A DNA stretch of 40,604 nt from a virus (lineage: Duplodnaviria > Heunggongvirae > Uroviricota > Caudoviricetes): positions 1 through 40,604 of IMG/VR virus record IMGVR_UViG_2778261089_000001. The stretch is one strand, 5' to 3'. Positions 9,783 to 20,462 of this stretch are shown here, one piece after another. The notes under the pieces are model-generated. The model saw only the letters and a list, made by a program, of their open reading frames with translations, did no database searches and had not been told where the DNA came from. Made by a program: the position numbers and the translations under genes. The stretch's first letter is position 1, and each line of letters begins with the position of its first letter.

Positions 9783-11278
9783 TATGCAGACTCCTCTGAA
9801 TACTGAAGACGGAACTGGTTAACCACGGCAAAGACACGCAACTGGTTAACATAGTCAGGCGGGAACAGCGTGTTCAGGCGGTTCGGATCGCTGGCATCAC
9901 GCTCTACAACCAGGTACTGCTTGAACAGTTCGTAGTTTTCCACGATCCCCGCACGCTCGAGCTGACGGTAGGTTGCCAGCAGTTCCCCTTTGATCACCGC
10001 CGGGGTGACAATCGCCTGACCGGGACCAAAGCGGGTACCGTCACTGGCAAGCTTGTGACGCCCGTACTTACTGGTAATGACGGATTTCAGTTTGCGCAGT
10101 ACATACGCACTGGTATGCAGCGTCTCGCTGTCGAGGTAGCTGTTATCCGCAACCCCGTAAGCATTTTTCCTGTACGTGGTGACATCACGCTGAATGCGCA
10201 GCACCCCGCTTTCGACATACGCCGTTGCCACGCCATGAGACAGCAGAGTCTGTTGTTCGGTCATCGTGAACCGTTTCCCCTTCGGCGCAGGCAGCATACC
10301 CACCAGCTCACCGGTCTGCGTGGGACGTGCCGGATCGTTGCGAATAAACACCGCTGCGCGGGCGGCACGGCTTGCCGCCAGCTCGTCGGCAGGCGTCTGG
10401 GTCTCTTTTTCGTACCCCGCCAGGGTAATGTGCTGCTGGTTAAACTGGTCACCTGCGGTCACCAGTTCTGACAGCGTGCCGATCTTTGCCGTATACACAT
10501 GACCATACAGCTGACGCGCATAGCTCCAGCGACCGCTGGTATCGTTCATCTCGGTCACCAGCGTGTTAACGGAGGCCGTGTCGTTGAACGGAAGACCGAT
10601 ATAATCAAACGGCTCATCCGCCATTGCAGCCACCGCGCCGGTGAGAACAGGAGCCCCCGTTCCGGCGGTCCCCGCCGCCACGGCAATCTGTACGCCCGCA
10701 GGCAGCACTTCTCCCCCACCGAAGCCGTAGTAATTGAGGCTGACAGGAATTTCATTCCCGCAAAGCCCCTTATGACGCGCGGTCAGTGTGACCACGCCAG
10801 CCGAAGATGAGGCCGTAAACGGCAGGGCCGGAACGGCATTGATGGCATCCTGGATACTGCCGGCAATCGTCGCGACGTTATCGCCATTGGTCACCGGTGC
10901 CTGCACGCGGGTACGTCCCACATAAACATTCACCGTGCCGGTTTCGGTTGCCGCCCCGGTCACCGTCAGCGTAACCGTTGCCGCCGCGCCTGTGGCTTCC
11001 GGAACGGCAATCACATACAGCTCGCCAAACGGGTCAGTCTGGCGATAAGCCTCGACCATACGCGCCAGCTGACTTCCCGCACCACAAATCTGGCGTGCAT
11101 AGTCTGCCGACGGCATCAGTACCAGACTGTTGGCAACAATCTCTGCACCGTTATTGGCATGACCAATCAGCAGCGATGCTCCGCTGTCCTGTGCAGTATT
11201 CGCCGCCTGGTTATCCATTTCCGCATAAAACAACGGAACCAGCGTATTCGACGGAATGGTGTTAAAGCTTATCGTCAT
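9782..11278 (-). CDS. Contractile tail sheath protein (Mu gpL-like)
   Basis: 498 aa; size, position and sequence character of sheath proteins. Confidence 0.8.
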   Translation of the reverse strand: MTISFNTIPSNTLVPLFYAEMDNQAANTAQDSGASLLIGHANNGAEIVANSLVLMPSADYARQICGAGSQLARMVEAYRQTDPFGELYVIAVPEATGAAATVTLTVTGAATETGTVNVYVGRTRVQAPVTNGDNVATIAGSIQDAINAVPALPFTASSSAGVVTLTARHKGLCGNEIPVSLNYYGFGGGEVLPAGVQIAVAAGTAGTGAPVLTGAVAAMADEPFDYIGLPFNDTASVNTLVTEMNDTSGRWSYARQLYGHVYTAKIGTLSELVTAGDQFNQQHITLAGYEKETQTPADELAASRAARAAVFIRNDPARPTQTGELVGMLPAPKGKRFTMTEQQTLLSHGVATAYVESGVLRIQRDVTTYRKNAYGVADNSYLDSETLHTSAYVLRKLKSVITSKYGRHKLASDGTRFGPGQAIVTPAVIKGELLATYRQLERAGIVENYELFKQYLVVERDASDPNRLNTLFPPDYVNQLRVFAVVNQFRLQYSEESA

Positions 11279-11432
11279 CGGTATTCACCTTTTTATTCAC
11301 GCGCCGGATATCACCCGCTGCTTCACGGCGCAGCCAGTAGTTGTTCTCGTCAACATTTCGCCCTTCGGCGGGCAAAAGGTCGCCGCGGGCAGGATCAGGA
11401 ACTGACCGCCCTTTAACAGGTTTGACAAACAT
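11265..11432 (-). CDS. Small hypothetical protein (56 aa) upstream of sheath gene
   Basis: Manually translated ATG-initiated ORF (MFVKPVKGRSVPDPARGDLL...) filling the gap between gp37-like and sheath genes; not in the ORF track (below its length cut-off). Confidence 0.35.
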
Positions 11433-11440
11433 GAGGATCC

Positions 11441-12001
11441 TCAGGAAGGAAGGGTTATTTCGGTGTGATGTTCGATATCGCCGTCAGGCCCGTTACCGGG
11501 CTCGAGATAATCAACATCAATCGCCAGCGTTTGCAGTTCATCCAGACTGTTCAGATCATCCTGCTGGCGGGTATCGTCTTCAGTCAGCTCGCTGATGACC
11601 GAAAAATCGAACTGATAAATCAGCTCATGACGATTCAGATCCAGCAGCGTGCCGCCGTCATAGGTAATCGGGTTACCGCACGCTTCCGGGTTCCAGCCCA
11701 GCAGAGCCTTAAAGAGCATCTGCCGGACATCGTCCACCACATCATACGAGGCAAACTGACCGCGCTCATCACGCCCGTTACTCAGTATGACAACCACGGA
11801 GAAGCCCTCTTTCAGCTCCTGCCAGTAGTCGGTCTGGCTTTTGTTTTCTCCCGGAGAGTCATCACCCGGTACCACATACGCCGCCGGGAGTCTCAGCTTT
11901 CCGACCTCCGGCAGATTTTTGAACTGTGCCGCGCCTGCCACCCGGTTTTCAAAATACGGGCAGCGGGCACGCAGCGCAGCAATAACAGGCGTCAGTTTCA
12001 T
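11441..12001 (-). CDS. Mu gp37-like virion protein
   Basis: 186 aa; position in Mu-like tail module before sheath. Confidence 0.55.
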   Translation of the reverse strand: MKLTPVIAALRARCPYFENRVAGAAQFKNLPEVGKLRLPAAYVVPGDDSPGENKSQTDYWQELKEGFSVVVILSNGRDERGQFASYDVVDDVRQMLFKALLGWNPEACGNPITYDGGTLLDLNRHELIYQFDFSVISELTEDDTRQQDDLNSLDELQTLAIDVDYLEPGNGPDGDIEHHTEITLPS

Positions 12002-12504
12002 CTGTGTCGTCGCTCCGGCTTCAGTGATTTACGCAATTCCCGCGCCAGAAAATAGCGTGTCCAGCTGCGGTTCTTTTCAAGCGTTTCCACCATGAAGTTA
12101 TTACGTGGAGCCAGTCGCCAGCCGCTGCCACCGGATGCACCACGATGATGACTACGACGACGTTTTGCTCCTCCCCGGACACCAAAAAACAGAAACGCCG
12201 GATAGAAGTCACCAGAGATCATCCGGTTCCCCTTCCCGTTGCGCTGGTTAGGGGCAATGCGTGTCATAAAACCGGCTCGCTTTTTACTGGCTCTCGGCAC
12301 CATATAACCAATCGAACGAGCCAGGCGTCCGGTCTGATAACCGGGGTTTTCACCCGGTGCCGACCGCGCACGGCGCATCACCAGCCGACGGGCATCACGC
12401 ATATGACGCTGCCCAATCGTGACAAACGCCCGCCGGACACGGGCGCGGTTAAAGCGCATCTCGGCGGGCTGCTGAACATCAACGTGAAAAAAGGGAGTCG
12501 CCAT
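11998..12504 (-). CDS. HK97 gp10-like virion morphogenesis / tail completion protein
   Basis: 168 aa basic protein; synteny between head-tail adaptor and tail genes. Confidence 0.55.
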   Translation of the reverse strand: MATPFFHVDVQQPAEMRFNRARVRRAFVTIGQRHMRDARRLVMRRARSAPGENPGYQTGRLARSIGYMVPRASKKRAGFMTRIAPNQRNGKGNRMISGDFYPAFLFFGVRGGAKRRRSHHRGASGGSGWRLAPRNNFMVETLEKNRSWTRYFLARELRKSLKPERRHR

Positions 12505-12889
12505 TGCTGCCTCCGTGACTCTGCCTACATTCGCCCAGCTCCGTACACTCCAGCAGCAGAAAGCGCCGCGCCCCGTTCAGATCGCGCTGACGTTTCACCC
12601 GGTACACACTGTCACCGCAGACCACCTCATAATCAGCGGTGATCCCCCGGCGGTAACGAATGGTGATGTAATGGGTGATGGCGTCCCCGGTCTGCGCGGT
12701 TTCCTGCCAGGTGGTGGCACTGGTCTGGATAACCTTCGCCCATGTCCGGAACGTAACCGGGTATTGAGGCTCCACGCCAAAGTTATCCGCGGGCATATCC
12801 ACCCGCAGGCGGATCAGGACGCGTTTATTCAGTTCACCGGGGTCCGGCAGAATGTAGGTTGCGCTGGTCTGCGCCTGACGAATTTTCAT
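12479..12889 (-). CDS. Head-tail adaptor / head closure protein
   Basis: 136 aa; synteny after gp6-like connector. Confidence 0.55.
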   Translation of the reverse strand: MKIRQAQTSATYILPDPGELNKRVLIRLRVDMPADNFGVEPQYPVTFRTWAKVIQTSATTWQETAQTGDAITHYITIRYRRGITADYEVVCGDSVYRVKRQRDLNGARRFLLLECTELGECRQSHGGSNGDSLFSR

Positions 12890-13209
12890 TGCGGAAAGTA
12901 CCTGTACGGGCCGACAAGCCAGCCAAAACTCTGCGGCATGTCGAGTTTCTCCACTTCCGTAACCGACGAGCGGTTTTCGTAAAAATGGCTGATAAGCATC
13001 AGCATCCCCAGACGAATATCATCCGGCAGGTGCAGTCCGTCCGGGTCGCTGTCCGGAATGGTTTCATCCGGTGCATAGAGCTTCCGGTTCAGATACGTTT
13101 CCGTCCGCTTTTGCGCCGCACAGGCCAGCAGTTGCAGATGGCGGTCATCAGCATCGAAATCCTCATCCAGCCGGAGTTGGGCTTTAATCTCTTCCATTGT
13201 CAGAAGCAT
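12886..13209 (-). CDS. Head-tail connector protein (gp6-like)
   Basis: 107 aa acidic protein following capsid region. Confidence 0.6.
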   Translation of the reverse strand: MLLTMEEIKAQLRLDEDFDADDRHLQLLACAAQKRTETYLNRKLYAPDETIPDSDPDGLHLPDDIRLGMLMLISHFYENRSSVTEVEKLDMPQSFGWLVGPYRYFPQ

Positions 13210-13211
13210 AC

Positions 13212-13412
13212 TCAGCCCTCTTTACTGGTCGTGGCTTTTTTCTCTTTTGTCGCTTTACTGCTTTTTGCACTGGTTCCGCGCTCTGCTAACCCGGCCTGAA
13301 GTGCAATCTCCTGCACCCGGGCAGGAAGCGCCCCGTCGTCATACTCACCGGCCCGAATGACCTCAACACGCATACCGTCCGGTGACCATTTCAGATCTTG
13401 TTTCAGGATCAT
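13212..13412 (-). CDS. Small hypothetical head-module protein
   Basis: 66-aa ORF tightly packed after capsid gene, Lys/Ser-rich tail. Confidence 0.35.
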   Translation of the reverse strand: MILKQDLKWSPDGMRVEVIRAGEYDDGALPARVQEIALQAGLAERGTSAKSSKATKEKKATTSKEG

Positions 13413-13461
13413 GATTCTTCACCCGTCAGAACAGGGGGCGTGGTTCCGCGCCCCTGAGTGA

Positions 13462-14667
13462 TTACGCCGCTGCAATCTTCAGCAGTTTGATGGCCTGCGA
13501 ATCGACCAGCATCCCGCCGGTGCGCTTGGTGGTATAAAAACCGACAAACGGTTTATTGGTGTACGGGTCACGCAGAATGCGGGTGCCGATACGGTCAACG
13601 ATGGTGTAACCCCGTTTGAAGTTACCAAATGCAATGGCTTTCGCATCAGCGGCGATATCCGGCATCTGTTCGTTTTCAGCGATACCGTAACCCGCCAGAG
13701 AGGACGGCTGCCCCAGTTCCAGCCCCGGACGCCACAGATAGTTACCCTCGCTGTCTTTCAGCAGACGGATGGCAAACAGGCTGTTGTTGTTCATCATGAA
13801 CTTCGCGCCAGTGCGGTGTGCCTTACGCAGCGTGTAAATCAGTTTGATAATGGCGTCTGCGGTCACCGCGGTCGCTTCGCCGGATACAATATGCTGAAGT
13901 TTGCCGAACGCCCGGACCTTGTCGGTTTCATCAGTGGATTCATACGCCAGGAACCCTTTCGGCTTCTTGGTGCCATCGCCTGAGGTAAAGGCAATTTCTT
14001 CCTGTTCGGCAAATTCGGTTGCCAGCTCGCTGTTGATCCAGGCCTCCACGTTGAAGAAGGCATCGTCCAGCATTTTCTGGGTGGCCTGCGGGTTGCCGTA
14101 GATTTCCCCCATGAGAGGTTCAATCAGCTCCAGTCTGGAGGTGGCAGTCTGGGATCGCGTATCCGTTTCCCCCACCCATCCGGAAGCCGTACCGCCCAGA
14201 TTCACCAGTTTTTTGTAGTCGGAACCGCCAACGGTGATCACCGTGGCTTCCTGACGCATCACCACTTCATCTTTCAGCAGGTTAAGAATGTTGCGATCCA
14301 GTTCTTCCGGCACAGCGTAGCCACCGTCTTCATCGGTACCCACCTGCAATGCCTTACGCTCCAGATCGCGCAGACCGTCTTCACGGCCTTTACGCAGGAA
14401 GCCCACAAACGCCTCTTTATGCTCGGTGGCCAGTTTATTTTGCGCTCCACCTGCCGGACGTTTCAGCTCAAGCAGCTCTTTTTCAAGGTCGCTTTTGAGA
14501 TTTTCCAGCTCGCTGAGTTTCCCGTTCAGGGTTTCCACCTGCCCGGCAAGCTTGCCTTTTTCCTGCTCAATCGCATCCACGCGCTTGTCGTTCTTTGCTT
14601 TGAAGTCGTCAAACTTCTGCTGCAGCTCCTGCGCGACCTGTTCGACATCTTTAATATCAACCGCCAT
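13462..14667 (-). CDS. Major capsid protein, HK97 family (with N-terminal coiled-coil delta domain)
   Basis: 401 aa; coiled-coil N-terminus then HK97-type capsid sequence. Confidence 0.85.
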   Translation of the reverse strand: MAVDIKDVEQVAQELQQKFDDFKAKNDKRVDAIEQEKGKLAGQVETLNGKLSELENLKSDLEKELLELKRPAGGAQNKLATEHKEAFVGFLRKGREDGLRDLERKALQVGTDEDGGYAVPEELDRNILNLLKDEVVMRQEATVITVGGSDYKKLVNLGGTASGWVGETDTRSQTATSRLELIEPLMGEIYGNPQATQKMLDDAFFNVEAWINSELATEFAEQEEIAFTSGDGTKKPKGFLAYESTDETDKVRAFGKLQHIVSGEATAVTADAIIKLIYTLRKAHRTGAKFMMNNNSLFAIRLLKDSEGNYLWRPGLELGQPSSLAGYGIAENEQMPDIAADAKAIAFGNFKRGYTIVDRIGTRILRDPYTNKPFVGFYTTKRTGGMLVDSQAIKLLKIAAA

Positions 14668-14681
14668 CGTATTTCTCCTGA

Positions 14682-15368
14682 TTAGAAGTTCAGATTTTTC
14701 AGTGCATTCAGTGCAGAGCCCACATCCTCAGCGTCGCGCAGGGACAGTGCGCCATAGCCCCCGGCCATGAATGCTTTGGCCTGGGTACGGGAGAGTCCGA
14801 CATCACGCAGGACTCTTTCGATTTTTTTTTGTTCGGGGATTTCCCCGCGGGCCAGCGAGTTCTTGACGTCGCTGATCCGCGCCTCGTCGTTAGACGGGAA
14901 CGTCACCAGACTGACTTCCCAGAGGTCGATTTCTTTCAGCAGAAAGGCTTCTTTGCTCCGGTCGTATTCCCAGTCTTTCAGGACGTACCCAATAGAAAGG
15001 CCGGTTAACGAACCGGCCTTCATGTGTGCATGTGCGCGTTTTGCCAGGGGATCATCATCAATGAGCAACCGCCCCCTGACGTAAAGCCCGACATCGTCTT
15101 CCTTCATTTCGGTGTAAACACCGATGGGCTCATCCATGCGGTGCTGCCAGAGCAGCGCAGGTAACGCTTTTCTGTCACTCCACGCCCGCAGGGAAGCAGC
15201 AAATGCCCCGGACATCACCACATCATCGTGGCTGTCCTTTACACCAAAGACGGAGCCATACCCTTCAAACTCACCGGAGTCACTGACAGATTTCAGACTC
15301 AGCGGTACATCAAGACGTTGTTTCGTCTGCATTAGCGTTATCCTTCTGCTTACCGGCTTTACTGCCAT
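14682..15368 (-). CDS. Prohead protease, HK97 family
   Basis: 228 aa between portal and capsid; real start may be an internal Met given overlap with portal. Confidence 0.75.
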   Translation of the reverse strand: MAVKPVSRRITLMQTKQRLDVPLSLKSVSDSGEFEGYGSVFGVKDSHDDVVMSGAFAASLRAWSDRKALPALLWQHRMDEPIGVYTEMKEDDVGLYVRGRLLIDDDPLAKRAHAHMKAGSLTGLSIGYVLKDWEYDRSKEAFLLKEIDLWEVSLVTFPSNDEARISDVKNSLARGEIPEQKKIERVLRDVGLSRTQAKAFMAGGYGALSLRDAEDVGSALNALKNLNF

Positions 15369-16551
15369 CGGAGGGTTTCGTGGTCATGTTCATTGGTGTG
15401 AGATAGACATCCCCACCGGGACGCGGATTCATATCTTCCAGGTCGCGGCAGTCATTGGGAGAGTAAATTCCCCAGTTAATCCCGGTGGCGTAGGCTTCAA
15501 AACGGGACTTCATATCCCCGCGCAGTAACGCCCCGGCGTTAAATTTGGCGTAATAAACGCCCTGCTTACTTTTTCGTACCAGTCCGGTGTTGATCCGCTG
15601 TTCGATGCGGGTCAGATACGGCACCAGTGAATAGTTGATAAATCCGAGCCCCAGTTCTTCGATATTGTTGAAGGTGGCGCGATCGGTGTTCTGCACCATG
15701 TGCAACGGTACCCGGAACAGACGACAGATTTCTTCAAGCTGAAACTTGCGGGTTTCCAGGAACTGGCTGTCCTCGGCGTTCAGCGCCATCGACTTCCAGT
15801 CCAGCCCCATCTCAAGGATCATCGGGCGGTGAGCATTGCCAAGCCCGGTGTGACGCTCCTCAAAATCTTTCTTCAGGCGCTCATAAGCCTGATCCGACAG
15901 CGTCTGTTCTGTACGCAACACACCCGACGTCACCGCGCCATTGCTGAACAGTCTGGCCCCGTGCTCTTCGGTCGCAGCTGCCAGCGATATTGCCTCGCGG
16001 GCATAGGCGACGGGATTCAGTCCCACCAGACCGTCCAGCGTCAGCGTGCGCACATGCCAGATATCTTCCTGGCTCAGTACATCCGTGGAGCCGTCCGGGA
16101 ATGTGACCTGGTAAACCGGTTCCCAGCGACTGTTAAGCTTCGGTACCACACAACCGGGATCGACGGGCAGCAGTTCAGCCACTTCGCCAAATGCTTTCAC
16201 TTTGTAGGCGTAAAAGTTTCCCCGCAGGCACAGACAGGTGACCACCAGCTCCCAGAACTCCTGCGGCGTCATATAGCCATTGGGATGCGTGGAGATCAGC
16301 TTATGCAGACGTTCGCTAGTGGCTCTCTGCTTCAGGCTGCCGTTCAGGTGATACAGGTTGCAGGGCAACATCCCGACCGACTCCGCCAGCACCCTGACAC
16401 AGGAAAAAACCGCCGTCAGTCGCATAGCCCGCTGGCTGCTGATCTGCTTTCCGGTATAGGTGTCGTAGGACAACCCGATAGCATCCGCCAGCTCTGCTGG
16501 CGTGGTCACCGGTGCGTCACTTTTTCGTTGAAATAATCCCGAAAAGAACAC
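15310..16551 (-). CDS. Portal protein, HK97 family
   Basis: 413 aa after terminase large subunit. Confidence 0.85.
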   Translation of the reverse strand: MFFSGLFQRKSDAPVTTPAELADAIGLSYDTYTGKQISSQRAMRLTAVFSCVRVLAESVGMLPCNLYHLNGSLKQRATSERLHKLISTHPNGYMTPQEFWELVVTCLCLRGNFYAYKVKAFGEVAELLPVDPGCVVPKLNSRWEPVYQVTFPDGSTDVLSQEDIWHVRTLTLDGLVGLNPVAYAREAISLAAATEEHGARLFSNGAVTSGVLRTEQTLSDQAYERLKKDFEERHTGLGNAHRPMILEMGLDWKSMALNAEDSQFLETRKFQLEEICRLFRVPLHMVQNTDRATFNNIEELGLGFINYSLVPYLTRIEQRINTGLVRKSKQGVYYAKFNAGALLRGDMKSRFEAYATGINWGIYSPNDCRDLEDMNPRPGGDVYLTPMNMTTKPSDGSKAGKQKDNANADETTS

Positions 16552-16733
16552 TATTTACCTCCGCCGACAGACGACTGTGTACGGTCGAGATATCGCGCCA
16601 CCAGCCACGACCAGAACAGGCACAACGCCCCGGCAACAACAAACCCCGCCGGGGGATAAATCAGCCAGGCACCATACGCCAGCAAAAGCGCCCCCAGCAC
16701 GCCCACCAGAGGCGCGAGAATCAGCATGATCAT
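16551..16733 (-). CDS. Small hydrophobic protein (two predicted TM helices)
   Basis: 60-aa ORF packed between TerL stop and portal start. Confidence 0.3.
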
Positions 16734-16744
16734 AATTACCTCAG

Positions 16745-18478
16745 TTAAAGCGAGCGGATCCCATAGGACTCAATGTGGTCAGACAGCGTGTCTTCTTTCT
16801 CGTACAGCATGGCTCTGCCAACCGCCATAATCAGCGCAACTGCACCGTCAATTTTGTTTTCCGCCTGCTCTTTGACGGGCTTCACCACATCATCGTTACC
16901 CGGAATGGTTTTGCCGACCACGTTGCCGATACACCAGGTCATGATGGGATTGCCATCATGATGAAAGCGCCCCGATTCAATTGCCGCTTCCAGCTCTTTC
17001 ATCGGGTCGGACATGTTGGTGTAGTTCTGAATGATAGTGATGGGGTTCAGGTCTTCATCAGCAAGGTCATGTGACAACCCGGTCGCCCCGAAGGGGTCGA
17101 TGGGTGACTCACTGACCGGACTGATTTTGTTCGCCGCTTTGGCCTCCTCGAGGATGTAGCGATAATCCACCTCCGCACCATCGGTAACGGTCAGAACGCC
17201 CATTTCCACCCATTTCTGAAAGCGTTCGGCTGTCCGTCGATCTTCATTTTTCTCGACGCTGTACACCGTGTCATACGGTACCCAGAAACGCGGGGCCACA
17301 CTGTAGTAATGCGTTTTACCGTCAATCTCGCGGGTATAAAGTCGCGCCATGCTGTTCATATCCAGTTTACGCGCCAGGTCAAAGGCCAGAATGCACGGCT
17401 GCCCCTCGAACTGCTCAAGGGTCAGTGATTTATCCTCGCAGCTCTGCCAGCTCACCAGGTTGAAATACGCCGAACGCGCCGACACCCAGATATTGAGGTG
17501 TTTTGTTTTAAAGACGTTTGCCAGACGGGCGTTATTTTTCGCACGCTGCTGCTGACTTAACAAAAATTCGCGATAAACCGACACGCCAATATTTGGATTG
17601 GCTTTTTCCAGCACCTGCGGGTCGGTCCAGTCGTCACCTTCATCAACGGTATAGATGATCCCGAACAGTTCATCGTTAGGCACCGAGCCGTTGAGCATCT
17701 CGATGACTTCCCGCCGTTTGTCGTAGCACGGCCCCTCAATGTTGTACCCGGCGGTAGTGATAGCCCACATCAGTGGCTGACGTCGCGCCCCCATCCCGGT
17801 AAGCATCGTGGTGTAAAGCGCATCTGTGGCGTGCTCGTGATATTCATCCACCACCGCACAGTGGGGTGATGAACCATCACCGGGGTTACCGATCAGCGGT
17901 TCAAAACGCGCACCATCCTCCGGACGGTTCATGTTTGAGGCGTTAACCTCAATCCCGAACGCTTCCATCAGCATGGGTGTGCGTTTACACATCAGTCTTG
18001 CCGGACGAAAGACTTCCCATGCCTGTTTCTCCGTCGTGGCACCGGAATACACTTCCGCGCCGAACTCGTTATCACAGGCAAAACAATACAGGGCGACACC
18101 GGCAGAGATTGCCGATTTGCCGTTCTTACGGGGGATTTCGGTATACACCTCACGGAAGCGGCGCAGCCGGGAGCCTTTATTGACCCAGCCAAACGCGCAG
18201 CAGATCACAAAGAGCTGCCACGGCTCCAGCGTGATGGGCATCCTCTTAAATGCCCACTCACCCTTGGTGTGCGGCAACAGCTGAATAAATTTCGCGGCCC
18301 GTTCAGCCAGGTCCTTGTCGAAGCGGTAACGAAACGACTTACTTTTTTCCGCCATCAGGTCATCAAGATGGCGCTGGCAGGCCTGAATCACAAACTGGCA
18401 GGCAACAATCTTTCCGCGCACGACATCCCGGGCATACTGATTTGCAGCATTTACGTTGGGGTAAGATTTCCGGCTCAT
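16745..18478 (-). CDS. Terminase large subunit
   Basis: 577 aa; N-terminal ATPase region (IPRKNGKS Walker A-like) and C-terminal nuclease region. Confidence 0.9.
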
Positions 18479-18978
18479 GATTCGATAATTTTCAGAAACG
18501 GGTTAGTGGCTTTCTTCTGCCCCGCCAGGCCAATCAGACGCTGGCGGCTGCTGGGGTCGAGTCCGAGCATTGCCCCCGTACTGCTCATCTCGGACTCCTG
18601 TTCTTTTTTGGCGGTCAGCTCCGGATTTTTGACCATGCCGCCCATTGCACCGGTGATGGTGTTGCCCTGTCTGGCAATATTTTTCACAGCACGTCGCCAG
18701 AACTCATAGGCCACGCACCACCGCTCAAGCACTGCGAGGTCAGTCACGCACAGCAGGCCCTGACCGCAGAGTTCTTTGGTTGTCAGTTGCCACATGATCG
18801 TGGCGAGAGGGAGCTCTTCTTCAGCGAACCACTCCGGTGGCTCAACACCTTTGATGGGCGTAAAAACAGGTTCATCTTTGTTCAGGGCTCGCTTGCCGGG
18901 GTTTCCGGCCAGCGCCTTGCGCGCCGTTGGCTTGGGGCGACGCCCGGAACGCCCCGCCGTTCCAGCCATATGCGGCAC
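18475..18978 (-). CDS. Terminase small subunit (P27 family)
   Basis: 167 aa immediately upstream of TerL with overlapping stop/start. Confidence 0.8.
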   Translation of the reverse strand: MPHMAGTAGRSGRRPKPTARKALAGNPGKRALNKDEPVFTPIKGVEPPEWFAEEELPLATIMWQLTTKELCGQGLLCVTDLAVLERWCVAYEFWRRAVKNIARQGNTITGAMGGMVKNPELTAKKEQESEMSSTGAMLGLDPSSRQRLIGLAGQKKATNPFLKIIES

Positions 18979-19094
18979 TCCTGGTTAAATTTCATTTTTC
19001 GCGGGTATAAAAAAACGATGGGGCGGGCAGTCCGGAAGACGTCAGGCCGCAGGGATTTGACCCGCCCCTCCCCTCAGGAAGTTGAGAATCATTA

Positions 19095-19445
19095 TCACTT
19101 CAACCGTTCACGGGCCGTCTTCGCCTTATGACACGGCCAGCACAGACTCTGCAGATTACAGTCGGCATCAGTGCCGCCATGCGCTTTAGGGATGATGTGG
19201 TCAACGGTTTTCGCTTCACGCACCACACCGGCACGCAGACATAACTGACATAAACCTTTGTCACGTTTCAGTACACGTTCACGGATAGCATCCCATTTCG
19301 AACCGTAGCCGCGCTGATGACGGGATTGTCCTGGCTTGTATTGCTTCCAGCCTTCGCTTTTGTGGCTTTCGCAGTAGCCTGACGGGTCAGTAGTGGTATG
19401 GCGGCAGCCGCGAACGCGGCAGGATTTTGGGATTCGTGGTGGCAT
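19095..19445 (-). CDS. HNH endonuclease (terminase-associated)
   Basis: 116 aa with Cys pairs and DHIIPKAHGG motif; adjacent to terminase as in HK97. Confidence 0.85.
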   Translation of the reverse strand: MPPRIPKSCRVRGCRHTTTDPSGYCESHKSEGWKQYKPGQSRHQRGYGSKWDAIRERVLKRDKGLCQLCLRAGVVREAKTVDHIIPKAHGGTDADCNLQSLCWPCHKAKTARERLK

Positions 19446-19502
19446 TGAAGAAAACTCTTTGTAATAAGCATAAAAACCCCATATTGAATGGGGCTTGATG
19501 AA

Positions 19503-20009
19503 TTACTGTCCTAAAGCACTTTTTGCCAATATTGAAGCAATTGAAGCAAACGTCGGATTTTCCAATAGCTTTTGCCAAAGGCTTTTAACCTCTGGATCAT
19601 TGCAATGCTCTATAGCATCATGTAGTTGTTGAATGGTTATATTCTTTGTGATCGAATTATCATTACCGGCTTGAAAATCACCACCAGCATTAATAGCACC
19701 GTTAAACGTCAAATGGGTCGTAATCTGCTTCGGCTTCTCTTTTACATCCAATGCCTTCACTATCAATACCGCCAAATGTGAGTAGCCAGGGCAACCAACC
19801 TCGAGACTAATTTGCACCTCGTAATCAAGCACTTCAAATAGCCTTTCCCTGTCGACCATTTTTTGCACAATGATATCGCCGATATTAAATGGGCATAAGT
19901 CACTTTCAATAGGAATATACAATCGGCCTTTAGATGAGTCACGTTGACCATAATAGGTGGATGAATTAAAGGTAAAAGTATCTGGATAGAAAAATTGATC
20001 TGGTCTCAT
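19503..20009 (-). CDS. Hypothetical protein, AT-rich moron between lysis cassette and HNH/terminase
   Basis: 168-aa ORF in low-GC DNA with ~200 bp AT-rich upstream region; no recognisable family. Confidence 0.5.
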   Translation of the reverse strand: MRPDQFFYPDTFTFNSSTYYGQRDSSKGRLYIPIESDLCPFNIGDIIVQKMVDRERLFEVLDYEVQISLEVGCPGYSHLAVLIVKALDVKEKPKQITTHLTFNGAINAGGDFQAGNDNSITKNITIQQLHDAIEHCNDPEVKSLWQKLLENPTFASIASILAKSALGQ

Positions 20010-20213
20010 AATAATCCCTTTTGTGTTTTGTGGATATCTCCATTAATTAGACTATTACTTTATCTCTTTTCCCAAATACATACATTCAAAATTAAGAGCA
20101 TTATCACAGATAATTTCGAAGCGATATTGCAATGCCTACCCATGACCTGTATTCAACGAATACGTATCAGAGGAATACCTTGTTCGTTATCTACATGACG
20201 ATAAAAATATACA

Positions 20214-20462
20214 TCAATTTTGATTATCAATGATTCTGATATCTGACTTATCCCTATTACATTGAGCCAACGCGGATAACAAACTTACATTCAAATCAAG
20301 ACTTGCACCATACGTCAGTGGGTTGGGTATAAACGGTACAGGTGTATCAGAAGTCAAGCTGACTGGTAGTGGAGTCTTCGGAATGCTCACGTAAACTGTT
20401 CGCGTACTTCCGCAACCGGTCAGCAGCGGCAGCAGGCACAGGGCGTACAGCACAATCATCAT
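20214..20462 (-). CDS. Rz1-like o-spanin lipoprotein (embedded in Rz in +1 frame)
   Basis: Signal peptide plus lipobox LLTGC, proline-rich mature part. Confidence 0.7.
   Translation of the reverse strand: MMIVLYALCLLPLLTGCGSTRTVYVSIPKTPLPVSLTSDTPVPFIPNPLTYGASLDLNVSLLSALAQCNRDKSDIRIIDNQN

Noticed and set aside
10055-10810. Several 60-140-aa ORFs on both strands inside the tail sheath gene
   Set aside because: They overlap the 498-aa sheath ORF and lack independent signals; GC-rich antisense artefacts
11465-12095. 196-aa plus-strand ORF antisense to the gp37-like and gp10-like genes
   Set aside because: Entirely antisense to two tightly coupled structural genes; no RBS or synteny support
15700-16536. 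278-aa plus-strand ORF inside the portal gene
   Set aside because: Antisense to a high-confidence portal ORF; Arg/Gln-rich low-complexity translation typical of out-of-frame reading
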